This document shows, piece by piece, positions 63,321 to 64,000 of a DNA stretch of 64,000 bases. This stretch comes from the human T2T-CHM13v2.0 reference genome, Homo sapiens: the NCBI RefSeq assembly GCF_009914755.1, contig NC_060944.1. The stretch is one strand, 5' to 3'. The notes under the pieces are model-generated. The model saw nothing but the letters and a program-made list of their open reading frames with translations, ran no database searches and was not told where the DNA came from. Numbering within the stretch: the first letter of the stretch is position 1; the number at the start of each line of letters is the position of its first letter. Position numbers and translations under genes: made by a program.

Positions 63321-64000
63321 GTAAGGACACTGGCAGTGGGCCCCTGCTTGCCCCGAGGCCACGCCTGCCCCACCAGTGCCCACGCGGGACGAGCCCTCCG
63401 CCCCTGAGCCCCGTCTTCCTCCTAAGTTGAATGCGTGCTGAATTCACAGCAGCTCCCACAACAAAGGCAAGACGGGAGGGAGCGTGTGCTCCCGCCAAAC
63501 CTTCAGCCTCGCCTTGGGAGCGCATCTCTGTGGTTTAGTTCTCTGTTATATTAATGCTTGGCCGAGAGTTATTCCACGAACACCTTTCGGAGCAGTCTCT
63601 AGGAAGCAGGAGGCTGGGGTAAAGATGGAGCCGCCTTCCCTTCCCTCCTGCCTGCTTCCCACCGCCGCCTCCCACTGGTGTTTTGGGCACATAGCCCTCT
63701 GGCTTCTCTCGGTGCGGCACTCGCATTTCCACGCAGCACCACCCCCTCCGTGCGCATCCCTGGGCGACAGCACCACGTCCTCAGAAGGCCCCTCCAGTCT
63801 GGCTGCTACTGGTTGGGGCGTTTGGGTAACGTAGGGCACCGCCCATGGCAGCAAAGGGAAATGGCAGAGGATGCTGTGGGCTCACCTGTCTGAGCAGCTT
63901 CTTCCTCCTGTTGAGAAATGTGGGTTTAGATTGACTCTAGGAAGGTGAATTTCCGTGTCTATGGAGAAGGCTCCGGGGCCTCGGCCACGCTGTAAACTTG

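Overview
This is human (eukaryotic, GC-rich, Alu-containing) genomic DNA, recognisable as chr20q13.33. Gene order: BIRC7/Livin (+, 7 exons, spliced CDS 897 nt = 298 aa), with intronic MIR3196; NKAIN4 (-, 7 exons, 627 nt = 208 aa), whose 3' end converges on that of BIRC7; a repeat-rich interval that probably hosts the lncRNA FLJ16779; ARFGAP1 (+, 13 main exons, 1221 nt = 406 aa, plus alternative exons), with intronic MIR4326; and the first two exons of COL20A1 (+). All exon boundaries were read from GT/AG sites and checked by reading-frame arithmetic. The window also holds two CpG-island promoters, about 10 tandem repeats, several Alus, an LTR13, a MER31 and MaLR/L1/MIR fragments. I found no evidence of a wholly new gene family or system, and most long ORFs in the track are GC-rich or repeat artefacts. 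The best candidate novelties are latent isoform switches: (1) skipping BIRC7 exon 6 reads in frame into an ORF in the last exon and gives a RING-less Livin; (2) NKAIN4 intron 6 read-through gives an immediate stop plus an intronic AATAAA and a new -VYL C-terminus; (3) an ARFGAP1 cassette exon has tandem acceptors that choose between an immediate stop and a frameshifted tail. A ~900-bp decamer satellite rich in REST half-site-like words and two facing VNTRs with reverse-complementary cores are also notable. Gene, miRNA and repeat family names come from recall, not from database searches.
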